A stretch of DNA of 64,000 nt. Source: Raillietiella orientalis (Eukaryota). Numbering within the stretch: the stretch's first letter is position 1; each line of letters begins with the position of its first letter. The position numbers and the translations under genes were made by a program. This document shows, piece by piece, positions 10,383 through 22,715 of the stretch. The stretch covers positions 1,798,001 through 1,862,000 of the forward strand of contig JAYWIR010000032.1 in NCBI GenBank assembly GCA_036172245.1, given 5' to 3'. The notes under the pieces are model-generated. The model did not search any database, had not been told where the DNA came from, and saw only the letters and a list, made by a program, of their open reading frames with translations.

Positions 10383-11026
10383 CTGGAAAAGACGGAGAGA
10401 GATGGGGGGAGGGAAGAGAGAGACAGAGGAAACACGAGCAAACCCATGGAGTATCGAGATTACCTGCACGCGACCCCAAGGCCCACAGACTATGACGCAC
10501 CGCTCTCAGCGCATCGTGAATCTCAGAAGGCGCAAAATTTCCCGCTGCTACAGCGGTCAACAGGCGCCACCGAGCAAAACGCGCTTCTTGGGGCACGTGC
10601 TTCCGCCGGGGTACGTTTTCGCCTCACCGAAGTCTCCACGGGAACTTCGGCTACTTCCGGTTTCGACTTTCAGTTCGCGGTGTTCCAGTAACTAGGCAGC
10701 GGTGTTTCTGCGGGAGCCGGAACTCGTGCTCCGTCCCGCTTTCTCCTCCTCGCCAGCCCGCGTCGACCGCGGGAACCGGAGCTGCTCATGATTCACTACG
10801 CCTTCGCCTCCTCATTCGCGGTGTTCCAGGTTTTCCCTGCCTTCGACTCTGTGCGCCCTCTGCATGGCAACGCGGCTCACTCCATTTTCGACTAACTTCC
10901 TCTTGTAAATGGAGTCTTCCTTGAACCGCGGGTTTTCCCTCCTTCCCCCCCACCCTCCCCTTCCCCAAACCCGTGAGAAATGCACCACAACGCCTTTCAG
11001 CTACCAGCGCCAGCTCCCCTTTGTAC

Positions 11027-11260
11027 CTGCCACCTTCCGCACTCGATGCTGCTTCCGTCGGCCACCTTGGCAGTCAGCTCCGCTCTGCTACCCTCCAGTT
11101 GGACGAGGCACGACAGATCCCTCATGAGATTCCAAGGGAGGAGCAGATTTTCGACCTCCAGGCGGATGCTGGAGTTAAATCCGCTAGGGATGAGCAGCTC
11201 GGAAGTTTCCGCCAGGCGTGGGCACTGGCCCTCCTTGCCGGACACCATCTCCGTGGCGGT
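11027..11260 (-). CDS. PlexB: Plexin-B coding exon 7 (TIG domain; 5' boundary uncertain)
   Basis: TATEMVSGKEGQCPRLAETSELLIPSG...SCLVQLEG...SSIECGRWQ; donor CAG|GTACAA. Phase-0 acceptors are possible at 11260, 11281 or 11290, with an in-frame TAG just upstream of the last. Confidence 0.8.
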
Positions 11261-11364
11261 CTGGAAGTTTTCACCGTTCCGCTGGATGCTCTACCCTTTC
11301 GCTATTTGCGGCCATCTCACTGGGGGTGCAGAGGTGAGAGGGATGGTGGCGGCGGCGAACGGCG

Positions 11365-11720
11365 AAGAGGAAGTGGGAGAGGAGGCAGTGGTGAAGAAAA
11401 AGGTAGCGGAAGAAAAAAAAGAGGGAAAAGAAAAGACGACGACGACGAGCAGGAAGTGGAAGAGGAGGAAAAGAGAAGAAAGGGGAGAGGAAGAGGAGAA
11501 ATAAAAGAGAAAGAGGAAGAATAAAAGAGGAAGAGGAAGCAGAAAAGAGAGAAAGGAAAACAAAAAAAGGAAGGTTGGAGGATGAAGGAAGGTAGAGGGG
11601 GAGGAGAACAGGAAGAAGAGAAAGCAAAGAGGAAAATTGGAGGAGGAAGGGAAGAGGAGGAGTGGAAGAAGATGAAGGGAGGTGGATGAGGAGGAGAAGG
11701 AAGGGAAGAGGGGGATGAGA
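11365..11720. repeat. Purine-rich (GAA/GGA) low-complexity tract
   Basis: About 350 bp of mostly A/G on the plus strand. Confidence 0.9.
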
Positions 11721-12085
11721 GTGTTCGTGCTTGGACAAAACGCCTAAGAAGTGAGTCTGTGTAGGGCGACCCAGGACGTCAATGTCACTCTGCATGAGGG
11801 CAGAGAGAGCTCGTTGCTTGGGTCGTGGCTGAACGCGCTGCGTTTGTGCGTCGACACGGAGCTATTGTGGTCTCCGGCAGTGCGCAAGGAGTAGGACAAC
11901 TGCGGCCCTTCTTCCTGAGGCAAACGACATGCAAGGGTGCCCTCTCGATTCCAGGGGTAGAAACGGGGAGGACTACTTGCCCGGTGCTCTCTCCCAGCAG
12001 CGTCCCAAAACTTCTTCGAGGAAAGGGTAAGGGATCAGCGCGCAGTGAGACGGGAATGATGGGCGCAAAAAGCGTGGACACTCAC

Positions 12086-12466
12086 CGAAGTTCCAGAGAA
12101 CCACTTTCGGCAGGCGTCGCTCTCGTGAGAGCAGACCATGGCATCGTGGCACCACCGGCATCCCCATGACGATGCGATGCAGCTACCGCAGGAGCTGTAG
12201 GCGGCGCAGTCGTAGAAGGTAAAGTTGGAGCTGAGGAAGGGCACTCCCGTCTCGGAGGACTCCACGAAGAGTGGAATGACCACGTGACCAGACCCTCCTC
12301 CGATCGTGGCGCTGCCTCGGGGCAGCGCGTCTACTTGCGGTGTCCGGCACCTTAAGACAGTCCCACCGGCGTCCACCCGGGCAGTCGCCGAGCCGGCGGC
12401 CCCGAAGACGCAGGAGTAGCTCTCCCCTGCCGGCAGCGTGGGGAGGTGCCGGACGCGGAGACTCAC
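12086..12466 (-). CDS. PlexB: Plexin-B coding exon 6 (Ig-like TIG domain and PSI 2, 127 codons)
   Basis: VSLRVRHLPTLPAGESYSCVFG...LRCRTP...NFTFYDCAAYSSCGSCIASSWGCRWC; acceptor ttttgtcttccag|, donor TCG|GTGAGT. Confidence 0.92.
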
Positions 12467-12694
12467 CTGGAAGACAAAAGCGGTGGGAGGACCTCCCCAC
12501 ATTTTACAGATGGGAGGTCAGAAGTCGCTGCTCCTTTTGCCCAGGGTAGGCGGAGGAAGAGTAGACTCGGTCCCTCGAGAGAACCCCTCATCTCTCTCAG
12601 GTTCCTTCGAAAAAGGATACAATGCCTCCCGACGAGACTATCTCTGACCCCTCCAGGTTCTCCGCTTCCTTTCAGGGAGGGCCGCATATCTCAC

Positions 12695-12824
12695 CTCCGT
12701 CGCCCTGTGAACTGCAGCTCTGTTGGGCAGCACTTCCATCAGGGCGGTGCAGTGCTCCTCCAGCACCACCCATCTGTCGAACAAGTTGGCAAGTGAGCTC
12801 ACACAGCCCTCTCTGGTGGCGCAC
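12695..12824 (-). CDS. PlexB: Plexin-B coding exon 5 (end of PSI 1)
   Basis: (R)CATREGCVSSLANLFDRWVVLEEHCTALMEVLPNRAAVHRATE; acceptor ttttttgttccccag| completes the phase-2 codon; donor GAG|GTGAGA. Confidence 0.88.
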
Positions 12825-13129
12825 CTGGGGAACAAAAAAGTCCTGGGTCAAGCGACCTTGCCGCCGCAGGAAAAAAAGGTGTGGCACTCCGCAGGATGAG
12901 GCGATCCCTTTCCTTCCTCGTTGGCTCCCCGTGCCAAAGTCCTGTCGCTTCTGCCGGCATTCAGCGCAAAATGACGAAGAACTACGCCCTGGAGTTTCAT
13001 TAGAAGAAGGAAGGACTCGTTCTCCCCTGTCCCCTGTCCGGGAGCGCCCAATATTCAACGATAACACGCCGGAGGTTCGTCTATGCTTTCAAGAGGCACC
13101 AACGGCAAGGACGCGGAAAGCGGGAACTT

Positions 13130-13360
13130 TTGAGAAAGAAGAGAGGAGGAAGGAGGGAAGAGGAGAGGGAGAGAAGGAAGGGAAGAGGTGGAAACGAGGG
13201 AAAAGGAAGGAGGAGGAGGAAAGGAGAAAGGAAGGAGGGGAGGAAGAGAGGAGGAGGAGGATAAAAGTTGAAAACGGAAAGAGAAGGAAGGGGGGAGGAG
13301 GAAGAAAGGGGTAAGAGAAAAGGAGGAGGAAAAGGAAGAGGAAGTAAGGAGGAGGGAATG
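13130..13360. repeat. Purine-rich (GGA/GAA) low-complexity tract
   Basis: About 230 bp of mostly A/G on the plus strand. Confidence 0.9.
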
Positions 13361-16300
13361 TGTATTAGAAAATAAGGACCAGAAAACGTTCAGGGAAGAA
13401 GTGATAGGAGAGAATGAGGTGAGTTTCCTATTACAGTAGGCATTGGGGTTAAGCTGGTCAAGTGTATCCAGCATCCCAGAGATTGAAGAGAATGAAACAA
13501 CTGCATCCTATGACTCGGCTATTTCTCTTCACTAAGAGATCGAATAGGGCAGAAGAAAACGAAAGGGATTGTAAAGTTTCCTAATTGCACGGAGGAAGGG
13601 GAAGAGATAAGACAAGACCCTTCATTGCTTTTGGATGCAGCTGGGGTCGACGCCTCTTCGCTGCACAGCAGCATCCAACTCCCGAAAATGAGAATGATCC
13701 GAGAAGGTATTGTCCACCCAGAGTGGGTCCAGCAGCGAGATCCAACACCTTCGCTGATTCAGCATCCCGTCTCACCGTTTCCTCTGCAGCAGTGGCAATC
13801 CCGAGCACAGGAATCCTGGATGATCGCTTGGGGCACGATTATTATAAATGACGGACCTGCGTCTGTCCGGAGAAAAATTGATTCTGCGAGGGTCATCCAT
13901 ACGCGTTTCGTTTGTCCTGATCAGCAGACTCAAACAGACTCGGGATTTCCTTCCTCCCGTCGTATCTTTCATCTCATTTTTCTGCTGTCGTTGGATCGTT
14001 TTTTTGTGAACCAGCCAAGTCTTCCGTGCCCGTCCTCTCCTCCGAAAGCGTATCCGAGAGCGTGTCCCCCAAGATCCGATCTTTGATCGTTTCCTCCAAG
14101 CATCTCATCCTTCTTCCGGCGCGCATCCAGACCTCCTCGCTTGCTGCATCGATGAAATTCAATTCCCGCCCGTCTTCCTGATCTCCAGGTCGGCTCCCTC
14201 GTCCGGCAGCGGGAATGTGGCTCCGATGGTGGACTGGTGGACTCTTTCCGCGGGACGCAACGACGTCTCCAGGGTAGTGCGCGGGCCACGGGGTGCTGCA
14301 ACTCTCACCCGAGCGCAGGACGAATCGCCAAAGCGGATGCATTTCGAAGGACCGGTCACTGTTCGAAATGGTCCCATCCTGTCTGCCAACCAGAAGAACG
14401 AAGGGACCAGTTACTCACATCATCCTGAACATTAGATGCAGAAAGTGACCATGGGCAGAGATAGTGAGAATGCTCCTTCGAAGGAGATGGGTTGCGGGAT
14501 AAAATCGAATCTCGTGCTCTCTCACTCTCTCTTTTTCGGCGCTCCTCCCGATGGCAGGAACAGATTCTTTGATTCCAAGCACTGATGAAGTTAGATGAAA
14601 CGCAGTTGTTGGTCTGGTTCCCACGCGAGAGGCTGAGCAGCAGCTCAGTGCAGCCAGCACATGGCACGCAGCTGCTACAAAGAAAACCCTGGTTCTCTCT
14701 TCTACGGTGCCAATGGAAGTGCTCCATGGAAAAGCAGATCTCGGGAGAGATCTCAGCTAACGCAGGTAAGTCTTCAGCCAGAGCATAAATTCCTTCCGTC
14801 CGCGAGGATGATGCGCGGAACTGCAGAGTCGTGAAAAGTGCTGCATTCGGGGGGGAGGGGGGAAGAATCATGTCATCTTTCCCTTGAACCGCAGAGACCA
14901 CATAGCAGAACCGTTCCTTCCTCTTCAGCACTGTTTGCAAAGTTTCTTGAACATCATGAGCTCCCACATTCTGCGTCACCGCTGATGACATCGGGAAACG
15001 GTCACACAAAAAATACCCGCATCGAGAATCCCAGCCTGGAATTTGACACGAAAGTCTAAATTTTTCCTTCCGCGACCCAAGGGACTCGTGTTCCGCGAGC
15101 GCAGAAGGAATTCCACGAATTTCCCATCGATTACCGTCGCAACGCTTCGCCCAGAACGATGAAGACGAACTCTTCCAGGCCAGCCACAGGAGACACAGCG
15201 GGACGCGAGCCCGCCCAGAAACGTGCTGGTTTAGATAAGTCAGTTAATTAGATCGAAAATGTATAATGAATCTATGAATTAATAACAGCCACCTTTGCCG
15301 GCAAGACCAGGGACCCATTTTTGCAGGCTCGAAAGATTAGGTTGGCACATCATCCACGAAGCAAAAAAGGGTTCACTAGGGAGGGCGCGCGAATTTCAGT
15401 GCTCTTCTTGCACTCGCGCTGAAACTTATGGACCCCTTTCAAACTGGGGTTACTCTGGGCATGGAAAGTGCGGAGTGACCTGACCACATTCGGGATGAAT
15501 TTTCGTTTCTTCAGTGTGAGCGCCGCCGAAGGAGGTAGTTTACTTTCTCTGGCTTGGAATTCAGGGACCCCCATGGTGGAAGCATAGACGTCAGGGCTTC
15601 CCTCTATACCACTACTGATCCTGCTAGGTCATTCCTTCGAGGCTGAAGGGAGGATCGGCTCTGTTACCCGGATGACCGGCCATTCCCCGAGTCTTCCCCC
15701 AACAGAGCCGTAGGTTTGCAGCCGGAAAGCCTCCCTCGAGCCCTTGAGTCCTGGCCCCTGGCCTTCAAGGGAAGAAGCAGAGGCCTCCAAGCACCCGCCG
15801 TCTCGCGACCAGCCCGCAGAAGGCTTTGATGTTTTCGGGTTGATCTGCGGCGCGAGATAAACATCATCGGCGATAAATTCCCGCGCTCGGTCGTATTCGT
15901 CGTATCCCGGATAATGAGGAATTTTATTGGGGCGTAAAATCCTCAATCCCTGCAAGCTTGTCACCGAAGGCTGCTTGCATATTGGGGATACGGTCTCCAG
16001 ATACCAGGTCCCTTGTGGGCAGTTGCCTGTCCACTATCAGTTTCATTTCGTCCGAGATTTACTGCTCCTTTGAAAACAGCCAATAACATCCGGCAAGAGA
16101 ATTGCACAGCCCGGGATCCACCAAGCCATTTTTCCGGGAAGTGCGGCGTTTATTTGTCGATTGTGCAGGATCGGCCATCGGGATGTATACAGATGTGCGG
16201 TTTTTGAACTTGATTTATGACGAAGGAGAACATCCCGCGCAGAGAGGATAGCACTGCAGATTACTTACGGTCAGGGATAGCAGGGACCGCGGGAGAATGG

Positions 16301-17183
16301 ATGTAACGTTAACGCGAGCGTCCAGGTTCCGTGCCGGAGGTCCCGAAATGCGAAGTCGGGATTCAGTGGACATCACTTGAGGTGATGCGTTCGTTTTGAG
16401 CCCACTCGGGGAGAGCTCAAGAGCTGCTCAAGCGGGACGCAGCGGGGCCTTCGAAAGTACGGGCAACACCGCCAATTCCTTCCGCCCCGGACCCGGAAGA
16501 ATTTCAATGAGTTTAACGTCGATCAAGAGGCTACCAAAGAGAGATCCTAGCAGACCGTTGGCTACTGGAGACGAGCAAAAAAGAAAAAAAAAAGGGAAAG
16601 AAAGAAAGAAAGGAGAAAAAAAAAAGAAAGGAAACGAAAATGATTGGAATCTCAAACATGATGTCTGCTCGAGTACTCAGTTTCGAAATCTCTCTCGGAG
16701 TAACGGATCCGAAACGCGCAGCAAACATTATTTTCTTCTCTTTGCTTTTCCGAGTAACGTAGCAACTCCGCCGGCGTGGCCAAAAAAAAAATGGAAGAGC
16801 GAAATTTTCGATTTTGAAACCTACAGTCAGTGCCGGTTCACGCTGCAGATCTTCCGAGTTTGATTATGGTGGGGAGCAGAACTACCCACTTGTCGTAAAC
16901 GAAATCTGATAGATTTGCAAAAAACCGAGATCCGGTGCGCCTGTGCAGAGGAATCGAACCGCGCCACCAGGAATGCTTCTTCTTGGAACTTTGCCAATGG
17001 CGAAGACTCACCAAGAATGAGAATGCTCAGCTAGAAGACCCAGTTCCTGATCATAGAAAAGACATTACTAGGATGCAACAGCCAACTAAGGAACTTTGGA
17101 CTGCAGCCACGGCATCCCTGCCTCCCGCTTCGAACGAATTTCGGGGCGCGGTCGCTGAGAGCGCCGTTGAGCGGGCAGCATAC

Positions 17184-17284
17184 CTTTTCTCGAGGGCACA
17201 CCATCCGCAATGGGGGTCGTCACAGAGAACACATTCTCGGCAGGTCAGGTAAGTGTCGCAGGTCTGCATCCTCACCTTCACGAT
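17184..17284 (-). CDS. PlexB: Plexin-B coding exon 4 (PSI 1, first half)
   Basis: IVKVRMQTCDTYLTCRECVLCDDPHCGWCALEK(R), a typical PSI cysteine motif; acceptor ctgattttcag|, donor AG|GTATGC, ends phase 2. Confidence 0.92.
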
Positions 17285-17779
17285 CTGAAAATCAGTTCGT
17301 CAGTCGTTTCGAGATACCCGGTGGTTCCTCTTTGAATTTCAGTTGCCCGCTTCCAAAGAAGGGATCGCTGCCCTTCGGGGCCTAAAGCACTGCTGGGCCT
17401 CGGTTCGCTTAGAGTGACTCAAAGCTCCGTGTTTTGATCGAGCGAAATTCCTGCTGGGCGCCGCTGTCAGCCACGGAATGCCGCCCAAATCCATTCAGAG
17501 TTCTTCATGTCTTTCAGATACGCAGTTGCAGCTTTCGGGACGCTTAGGACGATCGGGAGGACGTCTGGCTCTTTGCTGAGGACTGAATCCACCGGTCCAT
17601 GGAGCTTTTTCGTTCCGTCTTTGCGGGAGCGCGAAAACGAACTTTGGGGAACGCATGCGCGCATCTCTTGTGCTGAAGACCAGCGAAAATGAAATTCAAT
17701 GATCTCGCTACAGCTCTTTAAAGCTCGGCAAAACTGCGATCGTAGCCGCACGGTCCGCGTTGGCGGCCGCGCAGCTGCG

Positions 17780-18460
17780 TTCTCCGCTCGCGTGGTGCCA
17801 AGCGGCGCGGGTTGGGATCTCACCGGAGGAAGCGCGGACGGTCAGAGAAATGGGGATGCCTCGTGAGTTTGAGTTCTCTCCGCAAGATGACGCTGGTTAA
17901 GCTACAGACTTCGGGTGCGGCGCTGCTGAAAGCCGGAAACCGGATGTCCCTGCTGAGCAGCCGGGGATTGGAAGTCGACCCGCCTGGGTCCTACTAGAAA
18001 TCAAGGAGGACCGGTTCCCTTCAGTTGCGAAATGATGCCTCCTTCCCCCTCGAGGAAAGACCCTTCATCGCGTAGCATGGAGCTGGTTGACACCACTCAG
18101 GGGGTTGTCTCTGCAGAGTGTGAAGAAGAGCTCTACTCCCTCCGGAAAGAGTCCTTCGGGATTCTCTTCGGAGGAGTAAACAAGGAGAGATTCCCTTGCG
18201 GGAGTTCCCCCGAGAGAAGAACTTCCAGGAGCAGCGACCTCCTGAGGGGTCCTTCCGGAGAGAATTAGGAAGAGCTTGTTTTCGGCGTTCCCCCCCCCCC
18301 CCCTCTTAAGAGAAAAAGAACCCTTTCTCTGGTGCCTTCCTGGATTCACAGGGTGTACCTCGCGGTATGCCTCAAAACTGGAAGGCTCATGCTCACCCTC
18401 GGGTGGCGTAGACAGCGTCAAAGATTCGTCAGCCTCCCTTAAGCAGGCAAACGGTTCTTT
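17780..18460 (+). mobile_element. SINE-like family A, copy 1 (about 700 bp, degenerate tRNA-like head)
   Basis: Shares blocks catggagctggttga, ggattggaagtcgaccc, gccggaaacc and ggtggcgtagacagc with the other copies; head reads ctccgctcgcgtggtgcc...gggttgggatc. Confidence 0.65.
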
Positions 18461-19439
18461 ACTGCTTAGCGAACCAAAGCTATGAGTGACGTCACAGGCA
18501 GTGCCGGGATTGTGCGTTTGCAAAAAACATGCCGCGATCCATGATTGCATTGCCGCCCTGCACCGTTCCACTCCTGAGGAAGCTGACCAAAGGAGCGGTC
18601 GCTCTACTTGAATTTCCCAACCCCGCATCCAAGAGCTTTCCCGAGTCAGGGTTTCCAGGTTTGCCTAACTTTCCCACCTAGCCCACTGGAGCCGTCCTTC
18701 GCTCTTCTTTCTGGGGACCCTCGTTACTCTGTGACGTGCGAGGACCTCGCGCCAACTGCGTAAGACCCCGTGATGCCTGCAGAGCGGCCATTTCGTGACG
18801 GTTTGGTTTCCGAAGCCGTGGTCCAGGTTGGCGGAGAGCACTTCCGCGCCGTCACGCACGTGCTGCCCATTTCATCAAGGAGCGCCGTTTTCCCCGAACG
18901 ATCCAGTGAGCTAAGCTGGGACATCCACCACATCAGGTCGCCTTAATTATCCCACAGCTTCAAGGGAGCATCAATCTCGCGAAAGCACGCGGGTCCGCAG
19001 CGAGCCCTTGCCTTTCTACGAGAGTAATGTCCGAACTGCAGCCGGGAGGATGGGAAAAGCCATGGCATGGTTGCAAATTATGGCATGCAGTCTCCGTCAG
19101 CCTCGATACCTACCCGGTAGCTGCTGGACCTCGGGCGAAGGAAAGTCCTTCGAAACAAACCCTTCAGGAAAAGAGGGGAAAGCACGTCACTTGCAAGGGC
19201 TGCCGGAGAGGGATATTTTTGGGGGAGGATGCTGCCTGTGATTCGGTAGTAGCGAAGCTCCCGCTGCCCAACCTTCGAAGATCCGGCGATTGTAGTTGGC
19301 AGGGGTCGCTTTCGCAAACTCGAGGTCGGCAACGAAATTTTCATGAAGCGGACGCATCTCCTGGACTCCTCCAGCCCGAATCATCCGCCACTCTTCGAGG
19401 AAACTGAGCGGAGAGAGCGAGTGCGGTACACAGAGGTAG

Positions 19440-20640
19440 CAGGCATCTCAGAGATGCTGACCAGCACTCGTGCTGTCAGAACTGCTGAGATGATTCCGGC
19501 GAAGGAGAGTCCCTCCCTCATCTGCTCGTGGACTGTGTTGCCCTCCGCCCCCTGTGGGAGCGCTTTTTGCGTCTCTGAGGATTCCCGAAGGCAACCCCAG
19601 AGACGTTTTTAAAGCGCCTCTTCCTGCGCGACGACATCATGCCGGCCGCATCCCTAGCAACATTTTGCTGCCCATGCAGCAGGATCATTGCTGCATGGAG
19701 CAACGCCCGAGGAAACCAGGAGGACAGGGACGCCATGTATTTTGCTGTCTTCTTCATGAGGACAGCGTCGAAACGGTCCCATCCGGGAACCTTAACCCAG
19801 GAACTTTCCAGCATCCTGCATAGGATGCAGAAGACCCCCTCCAGCACTCGGTGATCCATTCGCAAACCCCCCATTTTTTGGTACACAATTTTTGTTTCGT
19901 TTTTCTTTTTTGTTGTGGTGAAGCAACAGAAACGCAAAATGAAACAAAAAATTTCCCCACCTCCCCTATGCTGCCGAGGCGAACATCGCCGGCCTGCGTT
20001 CCGGTTCTCGGCACGTTCCTTCTCGTAGTTATAAATAACGTGGCAGTACCAAGCGTTCTGCCACTCACCTGTATGTTTATTTTTTATATAAATAAACATA
20101 TAGGATCTGCACCACAATGTACCAAGAATGGCAAACCCTGAAGAGGCCCAACAACACGAAGATGGAAGTCTTCGACGTGATGTTCCAAGGAACAGCAACA
20201 TGCCCGTTACAACCCGATGGTCGGGACGACCATAGCCCTATTCATCACTGTCATCCTTATACGATGCTAGAAGATGAGGAACGCCAGGATAGCCATATCT
20301 CCCCTGGAAATCCTGAAAGGGATAATCCAAAGAGAGATTGGCATCAGGAACAGCGAGAAAGTGCATGCCCGGACGTACCGCTTCATCTTGAAAAGGATTG
20401 AGGACATCGTCCAGATACACAAAATGCCCAGTCCCCCCTAATGCAAAGACCCAAGAGCAGTCCCCCAAAGGAAGTGAACTTAAGGAAACAACGGATCTGT
20501 GCCCTGTGTTGAGTCGAATGTGTTTTGCAGAGTGAATGTAGATAAATAAATTTACCGCGCCCCTCGTGGGACCAGGGAAACTTTTATGGATAAATAAAAG
20601 CCCCGGCGCAACCGGGTGTAAAACCAGAGCCCGCGCTGGT
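19440..20640 (+). mobile_element. 3' fragment of a non-LTR retrotransposon (family B) with a decayed CCHC zinc knuckle
   Basis: Frame reads CQNC*DDSGEGESLPHLLVDCVAL (zf-RVT-type C-x2-C...H-x4-C). Segment 19530-19880 aligns in reverse complement to 59180-59525, and a shared ccgggtgt motif occurs near 20612. Confidence 0.7.
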
Positions 20641-22169
20641 CAGCGCTGCTCACCAGCGGTGCCGATCAGGCCAGGGAGGAAGCAGAGGGCCAATTTCCGG
20701 AGCAGCAGCTCAAGGCTCTCATTCGTCCCGGAAAAGAGTGATGGCCGCAGAGGTGTGCCGAGGGGGAAGGATAGCATGGCGACCATGAACGAGGCGGGGC
20801 CCGATTACGGGGAGCTCCTTGCGTTTCGAAGCAGGCAGCACAAACACGTCTCCCTAATCCCAGGAGAGAAAGCCATCAGCTGCGGAAGTCGACTCGAGTC
20901 ACGTGATTTACGGCCTGCAAAGGCGTCGTATTTCAAAACTTCACGGAGCGCAGATATCGTCTCTCCGTCGCTGAACGATGAGAAAGAGAGAGGCCATGAA
21001 TGGGAATGAAAGGAGGCGTGGGGGAGGGAAGGGGTAAACTTCACTCGTTCGTGTTCCTTGTCCCCGTTACTGATGCTGATCGCGCGAGCCAACGAGCCTG
21101 GTTGTAGGTTCCGTGAAAGCCGGGAATGGTACCAGGGTCGGAAAAGGAAAACCTCAGCCCCCCATCGGAGCTGGCAGCCGGCCGAAGGCGATCATTTCGC
21201 TCTACGAAATGATCGACGTCCCCGGCGGAAGAGCTTTCTCTCTTGCGTTTCCTGCCGAAGATGAGCTCCGATCTGCACTTTTCGCGCCAAACACGGATCA
21301 TTTCACGTTTGCTTCCTTGTGCTGCCTTTTTTTTTCTTCTTTCTTGTTTTCCGGGGAGAGGGGAGGAGGAACGACGCTCGAGGAGCGACAAGCCGTTCCC
21401 GGAATCATTTCACACTCCCCACGCAGTACGAAGCATGGGAATGATCCTGGAGCCTATCGCACCCGAGCTGCGCAAGCATTCTGCATCGGTAACGCTCAGC
21501 ATCCCCGAATTTCGAAGCGGACGCTGCCTGGGAGAAGCTGAGATCCGCGAATACCTTGCTGGCCTTTCCCCAGTTGCCTCGGTTACTCGCTGGCTGGGTA
21601 CTCCAGGAAGAGCACGAACGACCGCGAACATAAGAAAATACCGGAAATGCGTATACGCGCGAGCGTGCCTGTACAGTGGAAGGATTGAGGGTGAGTCTGC
21701 ATCTCGACGGCGGGAGGACGAACATGGTTTTTCGGAGATGACGGGACGGGGGGGAGGAAGGATGCTGTGGCACCTCAGTGATTCGCAGGAAACAAACAAA
21801 CAAGCAAACAGAGGTGTGGCGAATTCCGGAGAGCTTGCAAAAGCGCATGTGCAAAAGTCTGAGAGAGAGGGAAAGCCCCGGACGCTGGCGGAAACCGTCA
21901 GCTGCCCTCCAAATGCTCGTCCATCCCACGGATCCTGTCCTTTGCTGCTTGCCCTTCCTTCCTCATGACGTAGGCAAGAACGGAACGGCTTGGATCGCAC
22001 CGGAGCGTCTCAGCAGTTCCGAGGGAGGAAATTTTCGTGGTGAGGATGCTGAGGAACCAGAGTTGCTTGCGAGAGAGAAGGAGGGATCTTCCGCGCGGAG
22101 CAAGCGGGAGGCGCTGCCGCTTCGGATCCTCTGCTCGCCCGCTGTTCCAAATGCCCCGCCACCGGAAGG

Positions 22170-22715
22170 CGCTGCGGAATGCCAACCACCAGAGGGAGCG
22201 TGTGGACTCTCCAAAATAGAGGGGTACTCGGGAGGAGACCACCTCATGATCTAGGAAGGTGTCCGGAGGAAGGAATCCATCTGTTCCTCTGAGTCCTCGT
22301 AGTGAACCCCAGAAGGGACGCTTCCAAATTTCCTCAGAGGGGTGCCTCCCCAAAGAGAATAGCGCGCTTCTGACACTCTGGAGAGGCAACCCACTAAGGA
22401 GGGTATCAACCAGCTCCATGGCATGCGACCGAATGTCTTCCTCCGAAAATGGAGCTGTTCCTCCGAACAGCTCCATTTTCACAACTGGAGGGCAACCACG
22501 AAGGGGCTCCTTGATTCCTGTAATGACCCCGGAGGGTCAACTTCCAATCCCGGCCAGTCAACGGGGTCTTCGGTTTCCGGTTGCCGCCAGTGCCACACCC
22601 AAATTTTGTAAGGCCAAACAGCCCACCTTGAAAGTGGAACTCGTAACCCACGACGCCGCAATTTCTCGGTGTGTATCTTTCCCGGGCGGAATTCGAACTC
22701 GCGACGCTTGTCAGC
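22170..22715 (-). mobile_element. SINE-like family A, copy 2
   Basis: ggagaggcaaccc..aaggagggtatcaaccagctccatgg is near-identical to 62732-62772; ggaattcgaactcgc reads as a B box on the minus strand. Confidence 0.7.

Noticed and set aside
9939..10691. 250-aa plus-strand ORF
   Set aside because: Antisense to exon 8; no independent coding signal.
10973..11795. Lys/Glu-rich and Phe/Leu/Ser-rich ORFs
   Set aside because: Artefacts of the stop-poor GA tract; the same applies to 12622-13474.
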